Shown piece after piece: positions 12,454 through 25,800 of a stretch of 64,000 nucleotides of DNA. This DNA comes from Cirrosporium novae-zelandiae (taxonomy: Eukaryota). The stretch covers positions 434,001 through 498,000 of the forward strand of contig JAPETS010000013.1 in NCBI GenBank assembly GCA_026023565.1, in the 5' to 3' direction. Below the pieces are notes generated by a model, which made no database searches, was not told the DNA's origin, and saw only the letters and a list, made by a program, of their open reading frames with translations. Position 1 is the stretch's first letter. Every line of letters starts with the position of its first letter. The position numbers and the translations under genes are program-made.

Positions 12454-13933
12454 ATGAGTAGTAATACCGACTTCCTTGGTCGGGCCATCGACCAGGTTAA
12501 GAAAGCCATAGACTTTGACACCGCCGGAGAATATGAGAAGGCTTATCAACAATATTATGCGGCTTTGGAGCTGTTTATGCTGGCACTAAAATGGGAGAAA
12601 AATCCAAGGTCGAAAGAGCTTATCAGAACAAAAGCGGGGGAGTACATGGATAGGGTGGAGAAATTAAAAAACCATTTGGCTGATCAGGACAAGGGAAATA
12701 AAAAGAAGCCAAGTGCTGTTGGATCAAATGGAAAAGTAGCAAATGGCTCAGGGAAGGGGTATGTAACAGCTTCGGAGCCATTACAAGTAACCACTGACGG
12801 CTCATAGAAAGGATGATGATGAGGACGAGGATCCAGATGCGAAAAAGCTTCGCGGAGCATTACAGGGAGCAATTCTGTCAGACAAGCCCAATATCAAATG
12901 GGAGGATGTAGCAGGTTTAGAAGGGGCCAAGGAGGCTCTGAAAGAGGCTGTTATTCTCCCAATAAAATTCCCTCATCTTTTTACCGGAAAGCGACAACCT
13001 TGGAAGGGAATATTACTCTACGGCCCCCCTGGAACTGGTAAATCATATTTAGCAAAGGCGGTCGCCACGGAGGCAAATAGCACGTTCTTTAGTGTCAGCA
13101 GTAGTGATTTGGTCTCGAAATGGATGGGTGAAAGTGAACGGTAAGCCAGCCTTCCTATTCGAGCTCCATGCCAATATATGGCACGAGTAGTATGCTAATG
13201 CTTTGAATAGTCTAGTAAAGCAATTATTCAACATGGCACGAGAAAATAAACCCTCGATCATCTTTATCGACGAAGTCGATGCTCTTTGCGGTCCTCGAGG
13301 TGAAGGTGAATCCGAAGCCTCAAGACGTATCAAAACCGAACTTCTCGTCCAAATGGATGGTGTGGGTAAAGATTCCAGAGGTGTCTTGATTCTTGGAGCC
13401 ACGAATATTCCATGGCAACTAGACGCGGCTATTCGAAGACGATTCCAGCGGAGAGTCCATATTAGTCTCCCCGATCTCCCTGCAAGAATGAAAATGTTTG
13501 AATTGGCAGTTGGATCGACGCCTTGTGAATTGAAGCAAGCTGATTTCAAGACTCTGGCACAGATGAGCGACGGGTATTCAGGAAGTGATATAAGTATTGC
13601 AGTTCAGGACGCCTTAATGCAACCTATTCGGAAGATTCAGACTGCAACACACTACAAGAAGGTATGTTTTTCTACTCTTAATTTATTTTTAGATATTAAC
13701 AAAGCCTACAGGTTGTGGTAGAAGGTGTAGAAAAAGTAACTCCATGTTCACCGGGAGATAATGGAGCGATGGAGATGTCCTGGACTGAAATCGAATCCGA
13801 TCAATTACTGGAGCCACCACTGACACTCAAGGACTTTACGAAGGCCATCAAGGCTTCCCGACCAACAGTCAGCGGCGAAGACCTAAAGCGAAATGCGGAT
13901 TGGACGGCGGAGTTTGGAAGTGAGGGTGCGTGA
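12454..13933 (+). CDS. VPS4: Vps4 AAA-ATPase (MIT + AAA + Vps4_C), 4 exons
   Basis: MIT domain; Walker [26 protein letters not shown]; Walker [17 protein letters not shown]-terminal EFGSEG. Introns at about 12759-12807, 13141-13210 and 13662-13711. Confidence 0.98.
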
Positions 13934-14156
13934 TATATTCAACAAGAAGAGTTGCATTCACTGTGAAACGCTACTCATGCGCTGGTGTCTGGAGTCATTT
14001 ATAAGCTTGCTTGCTTGCTGCCTTAGTTATGATCCCCATTGTTGTGTCCCTAGTTGGCGTCATTATAAATGAAAGGGGGCGGACCAAGATGGATTTTATG
14101 AGTCCAATGGATGATTGACTTTTTTATATTTCAAAGGAATTAGGTATGAAGAGATG

Positions 14157-14157
<1 letters not shown>

Positions 14158-14190
<33 letters not shown>
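14158..14190 (+). repeat. (GAT)11 microsatellite between convergent VPS4 and TSR4
   Basis: Uninterrupted GAT run read directly from the sequence. Confidence 0.95.
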
Positions 14191-14191
<1 letters not shown>

Positions 14192-14864
14192 GGGCATGCA
14201 TATACAGAGCCCATAGAAAGAACAGAATATTGGCTTTTTTTATAGCCCCAAAAAACAACGAGGAGTGACTTACTGCGTATAAAACCTAGTTTGTCTATAT
14301 ATACCAAAATTAATAGTATTGTAGGTAAGGCCAATAATGAGCTTGAGATGTTTTGGAGAAACATCAAAATACCTCATAAATGAGGTTTATATAAACATAC
14401 ATGTACAATCTTAAATTATCAATTAATCAATACCCTGTCCCCACAACCAAGTTATTCCCTTCCCCCTCTGCATACCATATCCCTCCCTGCAGATCATCCT
14501 CCTCTATTAATATCTTTAGTAAAAAAAACTAAAAAGAAACTGAATTTCTGATGTACTGTAAATATTAATAACATGGGGTGGGTGAATTTTTATATCTCTA
14601 CAGTATTTGTTACCTTTCAGCGTCCGCCTACTTTATTTATAATAATCCGAAACATAAAGGTAGGTAGGTAGGTAGGATTGGCTGGTGATGGTAATATATA
14701 TTTAGATGGAGGGAGAGATAATTCGATTAAGAAGCGTTGTAAATAACATGGTGAAATAGGAATAATTAGGATGCGTTATCATTATCGTTTATTCTTTTAC
14801 TCGTTGCGGGAGACGTCCTACTTACTTAATTACTTTTTTCTTCTTTCTTTTTTGGTATATCTAC

Positions 14865-16232
14865 CTATCTCTTCACCCTTTCCTCCCACTGCACCCCTAC
14901 CCACTCCTCTAACCATGCGACCTCGCCGTTTCGCCCCCCCCTCTCAAAACAATCGTCCTTGCAGACACCTACGATGACGGTTTCCCACTCCATCCCCTCG
15001 TCCCAATCGACCTCCTCCTCAGCTTCCAGCTCCACAATCGCTTGTGGAGTCAACTGAAGCTCAAACGTGCGAGAATGGCCGCAGTTGTAGCAGCGTGGTA
15101 TCTTAGCAGAGGGAGATGGTTTGGTGGTAATATGGGCATTAGATCCGTGAGAGGGGGAAGGAGCGAATATTTTGCCCACCTCATCAGTGTGGGAGTATAG
15201 AAGGGGGGTACCTCCAAATTCATATCGTAGGACTTGCTCAGGGTTTTGATTTAGTCTGTCTGAGAAACGGAGGAATGTTTTATCAAGGCTTGACTCAAAG
15301 GCGTCCTGATCCTCTTTCTCGCTCTCTTTTGTGATGGCGCTGGATGACGAGGCTTCTTCGGCCAGAGGGAGGATGGTTGCGTTTGAGGGGACTGAAGGAG
15401 AGGAGTCGAGGGTTTCATTTTCGGCGTCAAGATGGTAGAGAGGATAAGGAGTTGGAAAGTCGGAAGTTGGGGGCCAGGGCTCTGAGGGTGGAGAGGCCGG
15501 AGGAGGGGTAGAGACATGCGCTTTTCGGGCGAAGGTTTCAGTGAGCGAAGGGGATGGTGATGGATTTTGTGGGGGCTTTGAAGTAAGGGCTGCGAAGGGA
15601 GACGTCGTAGATGTAATACTGGTTGAGAACGGGTTTGGTGGGTTGGAGGTTGAAGTTGAGAATGGGTTGCTGTTATTTGCGGGGGGGAATGTGAACGGAT
15701 TGGCGTTCGTGTTGGGACTCATGTTCGATTTTGTGGCTCCAAATAATGTTTCCCCAATATCCGTTTTCATTCCCTTATTTTTCTCGCCTGTCGCATTGAT
15801 TTTTTTATTCTCTGCATTGTCCATCTGATTGTGTCGCGTACATCTAAAGGCTCTGATACAGCCTTCCTTCCTGCGACATGCTTTTCTTCGACATCCAAAT
15901 ATGTAAAGACGTCTCTCATGGCTAGGAAAATCTGGAAGATCACCGTTTAATTGAAGAAAAAGGCTCATGGGGCTGCTGCAAACTTTGCATTTCGCGAATG
16001 ACGCGGGGGGTAGTGAGGAAGGGTCGAACCATTTCTGAGTAAATTGTTAGCTGGGAGTCTAGGAATTGTTGTAAAGAAGAAAGAAGGCGGAGGCAAGGCT
16101 CACTGGATAACCACCAAGTTGGTTGAAAGGATCATCGGTTGGTTCCTCAGCGGCATAGCCTAAGACAACGTTGGTCTTGGTGTAATGAGAATCATTGTGG
16201 GAGGAGGACGAATCGCTATCGGAGTCAGCCAT
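14865..16232 (-). CDS. TSR4: PDCD2/Tsr4-family protein (uS5 chaperone-like), 2 exons
   Basis: TNVVLGYA...QLGGYP/KW..., CKVC..PMSLFLQLNGDL, HERRLYIFGC, FESSLDKTFLRF..RL..NPEQVLRYEFGG.PLLY, C..CG..RTFELQL.P, GMEW.T (PDCD2_C). Confidence 0.9.
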
Positions 16233-16934
16233 GACGGAATTCAAATAAGATTGATTGGGAGGAAGGAGAATGGTTGGAGAGAAATGCTGGCAATCATTCC
16301 TGTCAAATTATCAAGGAAAGATAGCGTAGGGATTCCCAGGGGTTCTAGATGCTCACGACGTTCTAGAAGAAAATAAAATTTTGGCTGAGGTATGCGGGGT
16401 ATAGGATTTATGACTTCTATATGGCTGAAGTTGACGATGGCTTGTTGCTAGTTAAATGTTGACTTTCGTAGCTAAAGAGAAAACTTACACACTTAACTCT
16501 CTCATCAACCTCAGACTATCTAACTACCTTTTAAAGAAAATGTTTATTTCCTTCTCATACTTTCTCTATTTTCAAGCACTGTACAAAAGTACTATGGTAG
16601 TGATAATTAGTTTAAAGAGGCATGAGAGCCTTCTGTTGTTTCTTTTCTAGTTTTTTTTCATCATCATTATCCTTATTTGAATTCAATTTGGCTTCATAGC
16701 CCATTTTTATGCTAGCATAAATCCTCGTCATCTCTCACTTTAATTAACCTCCTATTCCATTCTTTTGATCCCTCCTTTTTTTACTAGGCTACCGTGACTA
16801 CCGTGACTATCTTCTTCCTTTCGTTTTTAACTATACTGATCGGCCTATCCGTGCCTTTTTCATAACTTGGTCATGAATCTTTAATCTCAGTTATCGTGTC
16901 AATATATATATCATCGGCTTCACGGTCCTCCAAA

Positions 16935-18762
16935 ATGCCGTGTGGACTTTCAATAGCTGCCGGAGCTGCCGAGTATAAGGCATTGCCCAACAATACCAAT
17001 TCCAGCTGGATTAGGGATCCTGGTCTTCGAAAACTTAACCTGGGAATTACTTTGATGTTCTGCTCTGCTGCTTCTAATGGCTTTGATGGCGGTCTTATTA
17101 ATGGACTGCTGGCCTTGCCATACTGTAAAGACCCTATCTGCTATGTGAAAAAAAATCCCCCATTAATACTGACCCAATTACCTAGTCACTGCCAATGTTG
17201 GAAATCTATCGACTAATATGGAGGGGCTCCTCATTGCGGGTGTGGCTCTAGGGGCTGTCCCAATCCTGATACCTGCCTCATATTTGGCAGATAGGTTTGG
17301 CCGCAAGCCTTGTGTAGCTGCTGGCTCGAGCATCATGGCGTTAGGTGCAATCATCCAAGCAGTAACAAATGGCCACTGGGCTTTTTTCGGTACTCGCTTT
17401 CTGATTGGTGTTGGCCTTGCTTTCTGTCAAACTTCTGCGCCTCCATTGACAACGGAGATCGCACATCCTCGCCATCGAGGTTTGGTTACTGCTTCCTTCC
17501 AAGCCATGTGGTATTGGGGCTCAATCCTCTCTGCCGTTGCAACCTTGGGCGCCTTATACATGGGAAACTCTTGGTCATGGCGACTTCCCTGTCTTCTTCA
17601 GTTCTTTTTCCCAACAGTGCAACTTCTCGGCCTCTTAATCGTTCCCGAAAGTCCGCGATACCTGGTATCAAGAGGATCGAACCAGGAAGCGTTAGAAATG
17701 CTAGCTAGATTCCACGCAAATGGAGATATTGATGACCCGTTGGTTCGATACGAATTTGACGAAATCACAGAGACACTTGAAGCCGAGAAATGTGGAGAGA
17801 ATGGATGGTCTTCTTTTTTCAAGACCAAAGGCAATTTCCATCGCTTTATCATCTGCGTCGCCTGTGGAGTTATGATTCAATGGGCTGGAAATGGTAAGTT
17901 TCCTAAATTCTCTTTCTAGTTTTTATGGTAGTTATCATTTACGCGATTTTGCTTGCGACAAGAGTCTCAAGGATGTTATGCTGTGGATTACTACTTAAAA
18001 AATCCTCAGGGATGATGCAGACGAAGACATCTATCTTAAATTGGTTGTCCCTAAACGCTAATTTCTTCTATAGGCATTGTTTCGTTCTACCTTACACCCA
18101 TCCTGAAAAGCCTTGGCATCACTAATGCTACCTCGCAAAACTCAATCAACCTAGGCCTCCAAATCTGGAATGCGATATGTGCTATGCTTGGAGCTTGGCT
18201 CGCTGAAAAGCATGGCCGTCGTCCTCTTTGGCTTGCCTCTACTATGCTAATGATTTTTTTCTTAAGTGTGGTCACTATCCTCTCCGCCGTCTTTACCGAA
18301 CGACATATCTCAGCTGCTGGTGGAGCAGCTGTTGCTTTCCTTTTCCTTTTTTTCGGATCTTACGATCTTGCGTACACCCCGTTGTCGATAGCATATCCTG
18401 TCGAAATCCTACCATTTCACCTGCGTGCGAAAGGGCTGTCGCTCAACCTCACTGTGGTATTTGTAACAGGTTTTTTTAACCAGTTCGTTAATCCTATTGG
18501 ATTAGCTAGTCTTGGCTGGAAGTACTATTTTATATTTATAGTTTGTTTGTTCGTGTTTGCTTTTATCGTGTACTTTCTCTTTCCTGAAACGAAGGGCCGC
18601 ACCTTGGAGGAGATTGCGGTCGTGTTTGATGGGATTGGCGCACAACCAGAGGCTGTTCGAAGACTCTCTGTTGTCACTACAGCTGCAAATGATTCTGTGC
18701 ATGGAGTAAACGTTGTGACGAAGCAAAACGGCACTTTTGTTGAAAAGGTTCAAACATTGTAA
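16935..18762 (+). CDS. MFS sugar porter, lactose-permease/cellodextrin-transporter-like, 3 exons (introns 17125-17185, 17894-18073)
   Basis: NGFDGGLINGL, DRFGRK, TEIAHPRHRG, WSWRLP, PESPRYL, QWAGN/GIVSFYL, YPVEILPFHLRAKG, FPETKGRTLEEI. Substrate cannot be determined from sequence. Confidence 0.9.
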
Positions 18763-19863
18763 ATAAATTGGTAACTATAGAAATAAATGAATGAAAAAAA
18801 ATATACTATATCTACTCTACCACGTGTTTACTACTCTAGTCACTATTATATAATTATAATAAGACTCTAGATATTGTAGGTTCTATCCTATAGATATGTG
18901 AAATGTATTTGTGTTAAGTCGTTTTGCTGAGTAGGTATATTGCACCATCCGTAGATAGACTCTACCTTGGATTCAGGTCAAGTGACTAAGTCAGGAATCA
19001 CGTTGAAAATCAAGCTGGACAGTTGATATTGATCTTTCAGCCCTACCTCCCTTTTTACTTGGGTTCTACACCATACATCACCTAGTGTCTTCCTATTCTC
19101 AATATCAACATCATGATCGCCAAAGCCCCTTATTGCCATTGGGCCAAAAAACACCTCTATGAAAAGATGCCTCCTTTCGAGAGAGACTTAACTATCACCT
19201 GGTAACTGCGAGAGCTTTACAGCACAATGATTATTGTTGGGATTATGCTAATATTTGTCAAGTCTAGTAATCTTCACAACAAACGCGGTTAGTTGTAGAC
19301 CAGTTCTAATTTATTCCCGTGAATGAAGCTCGACATCCCTCGCAAGAGGTATATCCCCGTATCGCTCCTAAGCTCTAGCACTCTAGGGAAATAATGTAGA
19401 TGAAATCCTTTCGTCTAAAAGATTGACTATTTGAGCTTGCGTAGATAGCAAATCTCGGAAAGCAGGCGTAACTAGTTGGATTGTTAATTATTCGTATTGC
19501 ATTAACACCGAAGCAAGGAGAACGAGTCTACCATCTAAGGACTTCGACACACCAATTGGAGGAAGTATATGAAGATTTTTCGCGATTGCTTTGATCAAGC
19601 TGGGTGCTACGGGCATTCCTCAGATTTTTCTTTTATTGGAATGTTAGATTAATATCAACATTCCGAATCGCGACAATATGAGACTACTTCCTCTATCTTT
19701 TCTTTTCTTTCTCTTTTTACGCATTTGATATCATCCACTCTTTCATATCTCATGTTTACTATTGATTACAATAAACTCTAGTTCGCTCTTTTTTTCCTGT
19801 TATAATCATTTGAAAATCTTACATGAAAAAGAGCTTGTTTGGACTGATATTTACTGTTAAACC

Positions 19864-22800
19864 ATGCGAGAAACGCGCTGGAAGGTGCTTCTGTTCGTCC
19901 TTCCACTACTTTCCCAGGCGGTTGGGCGGACGATCACAGTCACTACGAAAATCATATTGAGTACATGCCCAGTAATTACTCCTTCGACCACGGGCGGCAG
20001 GTTCGTAAAACGACCACCATAATTTATTTAGTTTGCTGATTTCATTAAGTTCTGTCATCTCATCCTTACCCACCCCAATACTTCTGAGTATCGAAGTTCT
20101 ATACAATGTACCAAACCCTGGCCCATTGGCTCTGAGAAATCCAAATCCTTCAGCTGTGAGTGATGCACCTGCCGATTTTGAGCTCCACAAGCCACTTCTT
20201 GATAGGCATTCTCTCTCTCGACCGATTGGTTCTTCATCCTCATCTTCTTCGGCATTGATCTCTTCTGGACCGTTGCAGCATCGCGAAGAACCTCAGGGTG
20301 GTTTTGTTGGAGATAACGCTACCGAAGTACATCAATGTGGGCAGAGTTCACGATTTATTTTACAAAACGGGCAGCTTTTCTATAATGGTGTTCCAATCTC
20401 AGCAAATCCTCGATCTTGGTATACACCCTTCGTGGGCAGGAAAAACCCAGGCTCTATTACTACCACTTTCACAATTTCAAATGGTTATTTGAACTGGACT
20501 AGTCCTTACTTTAGAAACGGGCAAGCTATATTCTGTTCAACAGGTTCGACTGTCTTTGCTGTGTTTAGGGGAAGATTACCAGCTGGTTGCAAACAAATTG
20601 CGTTAACCACTGTTAGCTGTAAGCTTTGTTAAGCCTCAGTATTCTTAGACACTGGAAATACTAACAATCCCTAGCTTCTTCATGTGGTGCCTTCTCGTCA
20701 TCGGTGAATAGCGAGCAGCTATCCCCGACTAATACAAATTCCGCCTCCTCTAGTGTTCCTGGTGGAACCTCTGTAGGAGGGCCTAGTCAGTCTGGAGGGG
20801 GTTCCGCAAGCCTAAGTCAATCTGGTGAGCCTGGCGATCCCTGCACAGAGGAACCTAGCCAATCTAGAGGAATTTCTGCAAATCATAGTCAGTCCAGTGA
20901 GCCTGGTGGATCAACTGAATCTACTCCAGGACCGAGCCAGTCTAGTAAATCTAGTGGGCTAAGCCAATCCGAGGGGCCAAGTCAGTCTGGAGGGTCAAGC
21001 AAATCTGGAGGGGCTTCTACTACCCCTAGCCAATCCAGCGGACCCAGTGAATCCGAGGGGTCAAATCAGTCCAGTAAATCTAGTGGATCAAACCAATCTG
21101 GGGGAGGTTCCGCCACTTCTAGTCAGTCCGGGGGATCAAGCAAATCTGGAGGGGCTTCTACTACCCCTAGCCAATCCAGCGGACCCAGTGAATCCGAGGG
21201 GTCAAATCAGTCCAGTAAATCTAGTGGATCAAACCAATCTGGGGGAGGTTCCGCCACTTCTAGTCAGTCCGGGGGATCAAGCAAATCTGGAGGGGTTTCC
21301 ACTACCCCTAGTCAATCCAGCGGACCCAGTGAATCCGAGGGGTCAAGCCAGTCTGGAGGATCTAGCCAATCCGGGGAGGGTTCCGCTACCCCTAGCCAAT
21401 CCAGCGGATTTAGTGAGTCTGGTGGGTCAAGTAAATCTGGGGGGGTTTCCGCTACTTCTAGTCAATCTAGTGGACCTAGTCAGTCCAGCGGATCCAGTGA
21501 ATCCGGGGGGTCAAGCCAGTCTAATCAATCTGGAGGGTTAAGTCAGTCTGGAAGATCAAGCAAATCTGGAGGGGTTTCCACTACCCCTAGTCAATCCAGC
21601 GGACCCAGTGAATCCGAGGGGTCAAGCCAGTCTGGAGGATCAAGCAAACCTGAAGGGGGTTCCGCCACCCCTAATCAGTCCAGCGGACCTAATCAGTCCA
21701 GCGGACCTAGTCAGTTCAGTGGACCCAGTGAGTCCGGGGTGTCAAGCCAGTTTGGTGGATCTAGTCAGTCCGGGGAGGGTTCCGCTACCCCTAGCCAATC
21801 TAGCGGACCCAGTGAGTCTGGTGGATCAAGCAAATCCGGGGGGGTTTCTGCCACTTCTAGTCAGCCCAGCGGACCCAGTCAGTCCGAGAGGCCAAGTCAG
21901 TCCGGGGGATCAAGCAAATCTGGAGGGGCTTCTACTACCCCTAGCCAATCCAGCGGACCCAGTGAATCCGAGGGGTCAAATCAGTCCAGTAAATCTGGAG
22001 GACCAAACCAATCCGGGGGAGGTTCAGCCACCCCTAGTGGGTCAAGCAAATCTGAGGAGCCAAACCAGTCCAGTAAATCTAGCGGAGCCAGTCAGCCCGA
22101 GGGGCCAAGTCAGTCTGGTGGATCTAGTCAGTCTGGAGGGTCAAGCAAATCTGGAGGGGTTTCCACTACCCCTAGTCAATCCAGCGGGCCTAATGAATCT
22201 GGAGGGCCAAGCCAGTCTAATCAGTCTGGGGGGTCAAGTCAGTCTGGCGGATCAAGCAAATTCGGAGGGGTTTCTACTACCCCCACGTCTGGTACGTCAA
22301 GTTCTTCTAGGGCTGGCGGTTCATCAATTATTGGCAGTACATCATCATCACTATCTGAAACGCCTAGCCCTATTTGCCCTAGTCTGGATAAGAAAACATA
22401 CACAGATAGTAATGGGCTTTCCTGGCTCGTTCGGTGCAATGAAGATTCTACTGGGCCTGGCGTAGGCATTCATGTAGGCACTTCTCTTAAAGCCTGTATT
22501 GGATTGTGTGCTGCCTATAATTTGGATCCTGATACACCGGGAACAAAATGTGCCATAACGACATATAAAGAGGGATTCTGCTATCTTTTCGACATCGGAG
22601 GAACAATTGGGCCGGGTCTGTCTGGTGCAGACTCTGCTGAACTGATAAGCCAGCCTAGTTCGACATCTGGGAGCGCAACCCGTATATCCACTACCAGTGG
22701 CGTCAGCTCCTTAAACTCGAATCCTGCATCATTAGATATTTCTTCTAGTGGTAGCAGTTCCGCCATAGTATCCTCGGCGTCGAACAACATTTCTATAGAT

Positions 22801-25800
22801 AGCTCTTCGATTTCAAGTTCTCAGACTACAGAAATGTCTTGCCCAGATGATCATTCAACAACCTCCTCCGCCTCATCCTCTAGTGCTACTGCAAGTGTTA
22901 GCTGCCCCAATTCTAATGGTCAAACAGTTGTTATTTCTGGTGCCACTTTCCAGGTTGCTTGTGGTACTAGTACACGTGGACATGCCTTAAAAACGCCTCC
23001 CAACACTGCCGTCTCCCTTGTTGATTGTATGAGTCAATGCGTCAGTTATAGCCAGACACATTTAAATATTCCATGTCTTGCTATATCGTACTCAACTAGA
23101 TTTGGAATCTGCATCTTCAAAGGAACTATTGCATTAGGAGGTAGTAGAAGTGGACTAGATTCTGCCGTACTATCTCCATCGCCCGGTTCTAGCTCTTCCA
23201 ACAGCTCTACTAGTCTATCTACGAAATCAAGTAGCCCGATTGCTAGTGGACCCTCTGATACTTCTACAACGCAAAATAGCACACCTAGTATAAAATCTTC
23301 AAGCATTTCTCCATCGAAAGCCAGCTCTTCTACGGAAAACATTACTGCAGGATCCAAGACTTCCCTCAGCAAAGAATCTTCCACCAGCACAAGAACCAAG
23401 GCTTCATCTAATACAAAAACTAAGGCTTCTACTAGTACAGGGACCAAAACCTCTTCCAGTACTGAGACTTCATCCAACACAAAGGCTGGAGTTTCAGGCA
23501 CAAATATTTCAGGAACTAAAGTTTCTAATACAAAGGCTGAGACTTCTGGAACTAAGGCTTCAGATACAAATATTTCAGAGACTAAGGTTTCCTCGAAGAC
23601 TAAAACTTCCTCTAACTCCAAGGCTTCCTCTAATACAGGAGCTGGCACTTCGGGAGCTGAGAGTTCAGGAACCAAAACTTCTAATACAGGAACAGAAGCT
23701 TCAAGAACTAGTAATTCAGGAATCAGCGTTTCTTCTAATACAAAGACTGGGGCTTCGGGAACTGGCAGTTCAGGGACCATGGTTTCTAATACTGGAACTG
23801 GAGCTTCTAATACGGAAGCAGGAAGCTCAGAGACCAACGTTTCTTCCAATACAGGGACCATACCTTCTAATACAGGAATCGTGGTTTCTAATTCAGGAAC
23901 TGGGGCTTCTTCAGGAGCTGGTAGTTCAGGGACGATAGTTTCTAATACAGGAATAGAAGCTTCAGGAATTGGGGCTTCTAATACAGGAGCCGAAATTTCG
24001 AGATCTGGCAGTTCAGGAACCATAGCTTCTAATACAGGAGCTGAAGCTTCAGGAACTGGGGTTTTTTCAGGGACTGGAGCTTCAGGAACCAAGACCTCGG
24101 GAACTGATAGTTCAGGGACTCTGACTTCTAATACAGGATCTGAAGCTTCGGGAACTGGGGCTTCGGGAACTAGTAGTTCAGGGAACATGGTTTCTAATAC
24201 CGGAACTGGAGCTTCCAATGCAGGGGTTGAAGCTTCTAATACTGAAACTGGAGCTTCTAATACAGAAGCAGGGAGCTCAGAAACCAACGCTTCTTCTAAT
24301 ACAGGGACCATACCTTCTAATACAGGAGCGGAGTCCTCGGGAATTGGGGCTTCGAGAACTATGGCTTCTAATACAGGAGCCGAAGCTTCGGGATCTAATA
24401 GTTCAGAAACTATGACTTCTAATACAGAAGCTGAAGTTTCGGGTACTAGCAGCTCAGGGACTGGGACTTCGTTAGGAGCTGGTAGTTCAGGGACCATAGC
24501 TTCTAATACAGGAACTGGTAATTCAGAAACTGGGGCTTCTTCAGGAACCAAAGTTTCGTCAGGAGCTGAGGCTTCTAATACAGAAGCTGGAACTTCAGGA
24601 ATTAGTAGCTCAGGAACCAAAGCTTCAGGAACTGAGATCTCGGGAACTGGTATTTCAGGGACTGGAGTTCCAGGAACTAAGGCTTCTAATACAGAAACTG
24701 GTAGTTCAGGAACCATGATTTCTAATTCAGAAGCTGGAGTTTCTAATACAAGGACTGGGGCCTCTAATACAGGAGCTGAGATCTCGGGAACTGGAGTTTC
24801 TTCAGGGTCTGGTAGTTCAGGAACTGGTAATTCAGGGACTAGGGCTTCTTCAGGAACTGGGGCTTCTAATACAGGAGCCGAAACTTCGGAATCTGGTAGT
24901 TCAGGGACTGGAGCTTCTAATACAGAAACTGGAATTTCAGGAACCATGGCTTCTAATACAGGAACTGGGGCTTCAGGAATTAGCAGCTCAGGGACCGGGG
25001 CTTCTAATACAGGAACTGAAGTTTCAGGAACTGGAGCTTCCTCAGGATCAGGTAGTTCAGAAACTAGGATTTCTTCAGCCACTGGGACTTCGGGAACTAG
25101 CAATTCAGGAACCAAAATTTCAGGAGCTGAGACCTCGGGAACTGGGATTTCTTCAGGAACCAAGTCTTCTTCAGGAGCTAGTAATTCAGGAACCATGGTT
25201 TCTAATACCGGAACTGGGGCTTCAGGCACTAGCAGATCAGGAACCAAAGCTTCAGGAGCCGGCAGTTCAGGAATCGAGGTTTCTAATACAGGAACCGGGA
25301 CTTCCTCAGGAGCTAGTAGTTCAGTGACTATAGTTTCTAATACAGGAACTGGGGCTTCAGGAACTAGCGGTTCAGGAACCATGACTTCTAATACAGGAGC
25401 GGAGATCTCAAGAACTGAGGTTTCTTCAGAGACTGGAGCTTCAGGAACTAGCAATTCAGGAACCAAAGCTTCAAGAGCTCAGACCTCGGGAACCGGTAGT
25501 TCAGGGACCGAGGCTTCTAATACAGGAACTGGGGCTTCGGGATCTAATGGTTCAAAGACTGGGGCTTCTTCAGGTACTGGAGCCCCAGGAACTAGCAGTT
25601 CAGGAACCAAAGCTTCAGGGGCTGAGACCTCAGGAACTGGCAATTCAGGAACCATAATTTCTAATACAAGGACTGGGGCTTCCAATACAGGAGCTGAAAC
25701 TTCAGGAACCAAAACCTCGGGAACTATAGCTTCTAATACAGGAGTTGGCAGTTCAGGAACCAGGGCTTCGAATACAGGGGCTGAAGCTTCGGGATCTGGT

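Noticed and set aside
23046..25466. 806-aa antisense ORF (VPELxVPEAPV repeats), plus ORFs 25479-25913, 26178-26831 and the off-frame ORFs at 21047 and 21608
   Set aside because: Shadows of the coding repeat arrays: the repeat unit lacks stops in those frames. They show no independent domains or splice signals.
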